Origin: a virus
Taxonomy: Duplodnaviria; Heunggongvirae; Uroviricota; Caudoviricetes
Direction: 5' to 3' (one strand)
IMG/VR virus record: IMGVR_UViG_2671180636_000002
Length of the DNA: 4,292 bases
The position numbers were made by a program, and so were the translations under genes. Below, piece after piece: positions 1 to 4,292 of this stretch. The notes beneath the pieces are model-generated. The model was not told the origin of the DNA, ran no database searches, and saw nothing but the letters and a program-made list of their open reading frames with translations. Position 1 is the first letter of the stretch. Each line of letters starts with the position of its first letter.

Positions 1-13
1 GGTCAACTGATCC

Positions 14-1170
14 TTAACTGATCGGCATTACACCACCGGGACGCGGATTCATATCTTCCAGGTCGCGGCAGTCATTGGAAGAGTAAATTCCCCAGTTGAT
101 CCCGGTGGCGTAGGCTTCAAAACGGGACTTCATATCCCCGCGCAGTAACGCCCCGGCGTTAAATTTGGCGTAATAAACGCCCTGCTTACTTTTTCGTACC
201 AGTCCGGTGTTGATCCGCTGTTCGATGCGGGTCAGATACGGCACCAGTGAATAGTTGATAAATCCCAGCCCCAGCTCTTCGATATTGTTGAAGGTGGCGC
301 GATCGGTGTTCTGCACCATGTGCAACGGCACCCGGAACAGACGACAGATTTCTTCCAGCTGAAACTTGCGGGTTTCCAGGAACTGACTGTCCTCGGCGTT
401 CAGCGCCATCGACTTCCAGTCCAGCCCCATTTCCAGAATCATCGGGCGGTGAGCATTGCCAAGCCCCGTGTGACACTCCTCAAAATCTTTCTTCAGACGC
501 TCGTAAGCATCCGGCGTGAGCTTTTGTTCCGTACGCAACACACCGGATGTCACCGCACCATTACTAAACAACCTGGCACCGTGCTCCTCGGTTGCCGCTG
601 CCAGTGAAATGGCCTCACGCGCATACGCAATGGGATTCAGCCCGACAAGTCCATCCAGCGTCAGGGTGCGCACATGCCAGATTTCATTCTGGGTCAACAC
701 ATCCACGGAACCATCCGGAAACGTCACCTGATAAACCGGCTGCCACTGGCTGTTCAGCTTCGGTTCCACACAGCCCGGATCTATCGGAAGAAGCTCCACC
801 ACTTCTCCCAGTGCCTTTACCTTGTAGGCGTAAAAATTCCCCCGTAGACACAGGCAGACAATAACCAGCTCCCAGAATTCCTGCGGTGTCATGTAGCCAT
901 TAGGTTTTGCCGAAACCAACTTATGCAGTCGTTCATCCACCGCCCGTGTTTTCAGGGTACCGCTGATTTTGTAGAGACTGCAGGGCAGCATACCAACAGA
1001 CTCTGCCAGCACCCTGACGCAAGAATAGACCGCCGTCAGGCGCATGGCCCGCTGGCTACTGATCCGCTTTCCGGTATAGGTGTCGTATGACAGCCCGATA
1101 GCATCAGCAGTTCTGCTGGCGTGGTCACCGGCACATCGCTTTTTCGTTGAAATAATCCCGAAAAGAACAC
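14..1170 (-). CDS. Phage portal protein, HK97-family-like; 5' end unresolved (possible frameshift near the N-terminus)
   Basis: Long minus-strand ORF with stop TAA at 16..14, immediately downstream of terL as expected for a packaging module. The block AMRLTAVYSCVRVLAESVGMLPCSLYK near the N-terminus resembles the conserved N-terminal block of HK97-type portals as I recall it. The track ORF extends to a TTG at 1261, but 1171..1261 in that frame reads [16 protein letters not shown] (not protein-like) and overlaps a well-supported small ORF. There is no ATG/GTG/TTG in the body frame between 1170 and the conserved block. A GTG at 1170..1168 with GGAGG 6 nt upstream lies in a different frame. Confidence 0.85.
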
Positions 1171-1352
1171 TATTTACCTCCGCCGACAGACTGCCGTGTA
1201 CGGTCGAGATATCGCGCCACCAGCCACGACCAGAACAGGCACAGCGCCCCGGCAACAACAAAACCCGCCGGGGGATAAATCAGCCAGGCACCATACGCCA
1301 GCAAAAGCGCACCCAGCACGCCCACCAGAGGCGCGAGAATCAGCATGATCAT
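1170..1352 (-). CDS. Hypothetical small membrane protein (60 aa, two predicted transmembrane helices)
   Basis: ATG at 1352..1350 preceded by GAGG with a 5-nt spacer (minus strand TAACTGAGGTAATTATG), starting 11 nt after the terL stop. Translation [60 protein letters not shown] has two hydrophobic stretches and a charged tail. Codon choice is enteric-like (ctg, gcg, gtg, ggc). Its stop TAG at 1172..1170 overlaps a GTG at 1170..1168 by one base. It exactly fills the terL-portal gap. Confidence 0.55.
   Translation of the reverse strand: MIMLILAPLVGVLGALLLAYGAWLIYPPAGFVVAGALCLFWSWLVARYLDRTRQSVGGGK
1177..1181 (-). promoter_or_regulatory. Shine-Dalgarno-like GGAGG 6 nt upstream of GTG at 1170 (candidate portal initiation site)
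   Basis: Minus strand GGCGGAGGTAAATAGTG; the GTG overlaps the TAG stop of the small ORF by one base. Confidence 0.4.
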
Positions 1353-1363
1353 AATTACCTCAG

Positions 1364-3097
1364 TTAAAGCGAGCGGATCCCGTAGGACTCAATGTGGTCA
1401 GACAGCGTGTCTTCTTTCTCGTACAGCATGGCTCTGCCAACCGCCATAATCAGCGCAACTGCACCATCGATTTTGTTTTCCGCCTGCTCTTTGACGGGTT
1501 TCACCACATCATCGTTACCCGGCATGTTTTTGCCGACCACGTTGCCGATACACCAGGTCATGATGGGATTGCCGTCATGATGAAAACGTCCCGATTCAAT
1601 CGCTGCTTCCAGCTCTTTCATCGGATCGGACATATTGGTGAAGTTCTGGACGATAGTGACGGGATTCAGGTCTTCATCAGCAAGGTCATGTGACAACCCG
1701 GTCGCCCCGAAGGGGTCGATGGGTGACTCACTGACCGGGCTGATTTTGTTCGCCGCTTTGGCCTCCTCGAGGATGTAGCGATAATCCACCTCCGCACCAT
1801 CGGTAACGGTCAGAACGCCCATTTCCACCCATTTCTGAAAGCGTTCGGCTGTCCGTCGATCTTCATTTTTCTCGACGCTGTACACCGTGTCATACGGTAC
1901 CCAGAAACGCGGGGCCACACTGTAGTAATGCGTTTTACCGTCAATCTCGCGGGTATAAAGTCGCGCCATGCTGTTCATATCCAGCTTACGCGCCAGGTCA
2001 AAGGCCAGAATGCACGGCTGCCCCTCGAACTGCTCAAGGGTCAGTGATTTATCCTCGCAGCTCTGCCAGCTCACCAAGTTGAAATACGCCGAACGCGCCG
2101 ACACCCAGATATTGAGGTGTTTTGTTTTAAAGACGTTTGCCAGACGGGCGTTATTTTTCGCACGCTGCTGCTGACTTAACAAAAATTCGCGATAAACCGA
2201 CACGCCAATATTTGGATTGGCTTTTTCCAGCACCTGCGGGCCGGTCCAGTCGTCACCTTCATCAACGGTATAGATGATCCCGAACAGTTCATCGTTAGGC
2301 ACCGAGCCGTTGAGCATCTCGATGACTTCCCGCCGCTTGTCGTAGCACGGCCCCTCAATGTTGTACCCGGCGGTGGTGATGGCCCACATCAGTGGCTGAC
2401 GTCGCGCCCCCATCCCGGTAAGCATTGTGGTATAAAGCGCATCGGTGGCATGCTCGTGATATTCATCAACCACGGCACAGTGGGGTGATGAACCATCACC
2501 TGGGTTGCCGATCAGCGGTTCAAACCGCGCGCCATCCTCCGGACGGTTCATGTTTGAGGCGTTAACCTCAATCCCGAACGCTTCCGTCAGCATGGGTGTG
2601 CGTTTACACATCAGTCGCGCCGGGCGAAAGACTTCCCACGCCTGTTTCTCTGTCGTGGCACCGGAATACACTTCCGCGCCAAACTCGTTATCACAGGCAA
2701 AACAATACAGGGCAACACCGGCAGAGATTGCTGATTTGCCGTTCTTACGGGGGATTTCGGTGTACACCTCCCGGAAGCGGCGCAACCGGGTGCCTTTATT
2801 GACCCAGCCAAACGCACAGCAGATCACAAATAGCTGCCACGGCTCCAGCGTGATGGGCATCCGTTTGAATGCCCACTCCCCCTTGGTGTGCGGCAACAGC
2901 TGAATAAATTTCGCGGCCCGTTCAGCCAGGTCCTTGTCGAAGCGGTAACGAAACGACTTACTTTTTTCCGCCATCAGGTCATCAAGATGGCGCTGGCAGG
3001 CCTGAATCACAAACTGGCAGGCAACAATCTTTCCGCGCACGACATCCCGGGCATACTGATTTGCAGCATTTACGTTGGGGTAAGATTTCCGGCTCAT
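1364..3097 (-). CDS. terL: Phage terminase large subunit (TerL; ATPase plus nuclease)
   Basis: 577-aa ORF, ATG at 3097..3095, stop TAA at 1366..1364. P-loop-like EIPRKNGKS at about aa 115-122; hydrophobic stretch ending in acidic residues AVVDEYHE (Walker B-like); C-terminal acidic motifs ILAFDLA and [12 protein letters not shown] consistent with an RNase H-like nuclease domain. Size and position directly downstream of a small terminase fit TerL. Confidence 0.92.
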   Translation of the reverse strand: MSRKSYPNVNAANQYARDVVRGKIVACQFVIQACQRHLDDLMAEKSKSFRYRFDKDLAERAAKFIQLLPHTKGEWAFKRMPITLEPWQLFVICCAFGWVNKGTRLRRFREVYTEIPRKNGKSAISAGVALYCFACDNEFGAEVYSGATTEKQAWEVFRPARLMCKRTPMLTEAFGIEVNASNMNRPEDGARFEPLIGNPGDGSSPHCAVVDEYHEHATDALYTTMLTGMGARRQPLMWAITTAGYNIEGPCYDKRREVIEMLNGSVPNDELFGIIYTVDEGDDWTGPQVLEKANPNIGVSVYREFLLSQQQRAKNNARLANVFKTKHLNIWVSARSAYFNLVSWQSCEDKSLTLEQFEGQPCILAFDLARKLDMNSMARLYTREIDGKTHYYSVAPRFWVPYDTVYSVEKNEDRRTAERFQKWVEMGVLTVTDGAEVDYRYILEEAKAANKISPVSESPIDPFGATGLSHDLADEDLNPVTIVQNFTNMSDPMKELEAAIESGRFHHDGNPIMTWCIGNVVGKNMPGNDDVVKPVKEQAENKIDGAVALIMAVGRAMLYEKEDTLSDHIESYGIRSL

Positions 3098-3588
3098 GAT
3101 TCGATAATTTTCAGAAACGGGTTAGTGGCTTTCTTCTGCCCCGCCAGGCCAATCAGACGCTGGCGGCTGCTGGGGTCGAGTCCGAGCATTGCCCCCGTGC
3201 TGCTCATCTCGGACTCCTGTTCTTTTTTGGCGGTCAGCTCCGGATTTTTGACCCTGCCGCCCATTGCACCGGTGATGGTGTTGCCCTGTATGGCAATATT
3301 TTTCACGGCACGTCGCCAGAACTCATAGGCCACGCACCACCGCTCAAGTACCGCCAGGTCAGTCACGCACAGCAGGCCCTGACCGCAGAGTTCTTTGGTT
3401 GTCAGTTGCCACATGATCGTGGCGAGAGGGAGATCTTCTTCAGCGAACCACTCTGGTGGCTCAACACCTTTGATGGGCGTAAAAACAGGTTCATCTTTGT
3501 TCAGGGCTCGCTTGCCGGGGTTTCCGGCCAGCGCCTTGCGCGCCGTTGGCTTGGGGCGACGCCCGGAACGCCCCGCCGTTCCAGCCAT
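3094..3588 (-). CDS. terS: Phage terminase small subunit (P27-family-like TerS)
   Basis: N-terminus [36 protein letters not shown] matches the GR.GR.PKPTA.K.L.GNPGKR.LN..EP signature I recall for P27-family small terminases. ATG at 3588..3586 is preceded by AGGAG (3601..3597) with an 8-nt spacer; the GTG at 3597 used by the ORF track overlaps the SD and is unlikely to be the start. Stop TGA at 3096..3094 overlaps the terL ATG (ATGA). Confidence 0.9.
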   Translation of the reverse strand: MAGTAGRSGRRPKPTARKALAGNPGKRALNKDEPVFTPIKGVEPPEWFAEEDLPLATIMWQLTTKELCGQGLLCVTDLAVLERWCVAYEFWRRAVKNIAIQGNTITGAMGGRVKNPELTAKKEQESEMSSTGAMLGLDPSSRQRLIGLAGQKKATNPFLKIIES

Positions 3589-3596
3589 ATGCGGCA

Positions 3597-3601
3597 CTCC
3601 T
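3597..3601 (-). promoter_or_regulatory. Shine-Dalgarno AGGAG for terS
   Basis: Minus strand AACCAGGAGTGCCGCATATG; 8-nt spacer to ATG at 3588. Confidence 0.6.
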
Positions 3602-3627
3602 GGTTAAATTTCATTTTTCGCGGGTAT

Positions 3628-3687
3628 AAAAAAACGATGGGGCGGGCAGTCCGGAAGACGTCAGGTCACAGGGATTTGCCCCGCCCC
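3628..3687 (-). other. GC-rich imperfect inverted repeat followed by a T7 tract on the minus strand; candidate cos site or terminator-like hairpin
   Basis: Plus strand GGGGCGGGCA (3639..3648) and TGCCCCGCCCC (3677..3687) form an 8-9 bp G/C stem around a 28-nt loop that contains the palindromes GACGTC and TCCGGA. On the minus strand the stem is followed after 4 nt by TTTTTTT (plus A-run 3628..3634). It lies in the 121-nt HNH-terS intergenic region. Confidence 0.3.
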
Positions 3688-3709
3688 TCCCTACAAGTGA
3701 GAATAATTA

Positions 3710-4115
3710 TCACCGGATTCGTTCGCGCGCTGTTTTCGCTTTATGGCAGGGNNNNNNNNNNNNNNNNNNNNNNNNNNNNNNNNNNNNNNNNNNNNNNNNN
3801 NNNNNNNNNNNNNNNNNNNNNNNNNNNNNNNNNNNNNNNNNNNNNNNNNNNNNNNNNNNNNNNNNNNNNNNNNNNNNNNNNNNNNNNNNNNNNNNNNNNN
3901 NNNNNNNNNNNNNNNNNNNNNNNNNNNNNNNNNNNNNNNNNNNNNNNNNNNNNNNNNNNNNNNNNNNNNNNNNNNNNNNNNNNNNNNNNNNNNNNNNNNN
4001 NNNNNNNNNNNNNNNNNNNNNNNNCACCGCGATGTTTATCGCAGTAACCCGAACTGTCTGTGGTTGTACCTGCACATCCACGCTTACGGCAGGCACGTGG
4101 GATTAGTGATGGCAT
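3710..4115 (-). CDS. Phage HNH endonuclease (packaging-associated), interior masked by N-run
   Basis: ATG at 4115..4113 preceded by GAGG (4124..4121) with a 5-nt spacer. Visible N-terminus MPSLIPRACRKRGCAGTTTDSSGYCDKHRG is Cys/His-rich and zinc-finger-like, typical of terminase-associated HNH proteins. Visible C-terminus ...PCHKAKTARERIR with stop TGA at 3712..3710 resembles the second half of an HNH motif. The two ends are in different frames across the N-run, so the coordinates are the span, not a verified ORF. Confidence 0.7.
3752..4024. other. Run of 273 N (masked or unsequenced gap)
   Basis: Directly visible in the sequence; falls inside the putative HNH endonuclease gene. Confidence 1.
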
Positions 4116-4157
4116 AAATACCTCATACCCTGCGAAATGTTTACCACGATAAAAAGG

Positions 4158-4292
4158 CTACTTAATGCACTGAGTGCGGATATACTCCTGTGCCCCTTCC
4201 AGTTGCATCTGCATCGTCATCAGCCGCTCTCTGAGGGTGAAATAATCCCGTTCAGCGGTGTCTGCCAGTCGGGGGCTGGTTGCATTATCCAC
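4158..4292 (-). CDS. Partial CDS, C-terminal 44 codons of an unidentified upstream phage gene (continues beyond window end)
   Basis: Minus-strand frame open from the window edge, reading ...VDNATSPRLADTAERDYFTLRERLMTMQMQLEGAQEYIRTQCIK, stop TAG at 4160..4158. Ends 42 nt upstream of the HNH start and is co-oriented with the operon. No recognisable family from this fragment. Confidence 0.45.
   Translation of the reverse strand: MDNATSPRLADTAERDYFTLRERLMTMQMQLEGAQEYIRTQCIK

Noticed and set aside
5-24. 8-nt direct repeat AACTGATC (5..12 and 17..24) flanking the portal stop codon
   Set aside because: Very short, at the window edge, and plausibly coincidental or part of the next gene's initiation region; cannot be evaluated without downstream sequence.
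1171-1261. 5' extension of the portal ORF to the TTG at 1261 (as drawn in the ORF track)
   Set aside because: No SD upstream, translation is Cys/Trp/Arg-rich and non-protein-like, and it overlaps in another frame a small ORF that has an SD, an ATG and good codon usage. The frame is probably open only by chance in GC-rich sequence. Not fully excluded.
186-2817. Minus-strand alternative-frame ORFs 186..476, 2176..2358, 2611..2817
   Set aside because: Embedded out of frame inside portal and terL; no initiation signals and composition typical of off-frame reading.
320-3607. Plus-strand ORFs from the track (320..607, 516..731, 592..864, 1080..1367, 1392..1580, 1394..1693, 1968..2174, 2505..2903, 2596..2802, 2888..3328, 3395..3607)
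   Set aside because: All lie antisense within the long, well-supported minus-strand portal/terL/terS genes; translations are low-complexity or Arg/Ser/Pro-rich with no SD support. Typical shadow ORFs.
3639-3687. Calling the hairpin a classic rho-independent terminator
   Set aside because: The stem is G/C-rich and is followed by a T7 tract on the minus strand, but the 28-nt loop and the 4-nt gap before the T-tract are atypical. Kept only as a candidate alongside the cos interpretation.
3703-3710. AT palindrome ATAATTAT overlapping the HNH stop codon
   Set aside because: An 8-bp AT-rich palindrome is expected by chance in AT-rich intergenic sequence; no supporting context for an operator.
3406-4117. 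ORFs running through the N-run (3406..4047 +, 3743..4117 +, and the separate minus-strand tracks 3710..4096 and 3741..4115)
   Set aside because: Frames stay open only because N translates to X. Only the readable minus-strand ends were used, and they are interpreted as two ends of one HNH gene rather than as the track ORFs.
1-4292. tRNA, rRNA, CRISPR array, integrase/transposase or defence-system genes
   Set aside because: No spacer-repeat periodicity, no cloverleaf-like GC-rich 70-90 nt segments in intergenic regions, and every long ORF is accounted for by packaging/structural functions.

Overview
This window is a tailed-phage (prophage) DNA-packaging module, entirely on the minus strand, in the classic HK97/P27-like order: partial upstream gene (C-terminus only) -> HNH endonuclease (middle masked by a 273-nt N-run) -> GC-rich inverted repeat with T-tract (candidate cos/terminator) -> small terminase subunit (P27-family-like) -> large terminase subunit (ATGA-coupled to TerS) -> small 60-aa two-helix membrane ORF -> portal protein (HK97-family-like). 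I see no tRNA, rRNA, CRISPR array, integrase or transposase, and no recognisable defence or toxin system. The items most worth a second look are the small membrane ORF wedged between terL and portal, a frame discrepancy at the portal 5' end, and the candidate cos element. All protein-family calls come from reading motifs by eye and from recalled family features; no database search was run. Plus-strand ORFs in the track are antisense to these genes and are treated as spurious.
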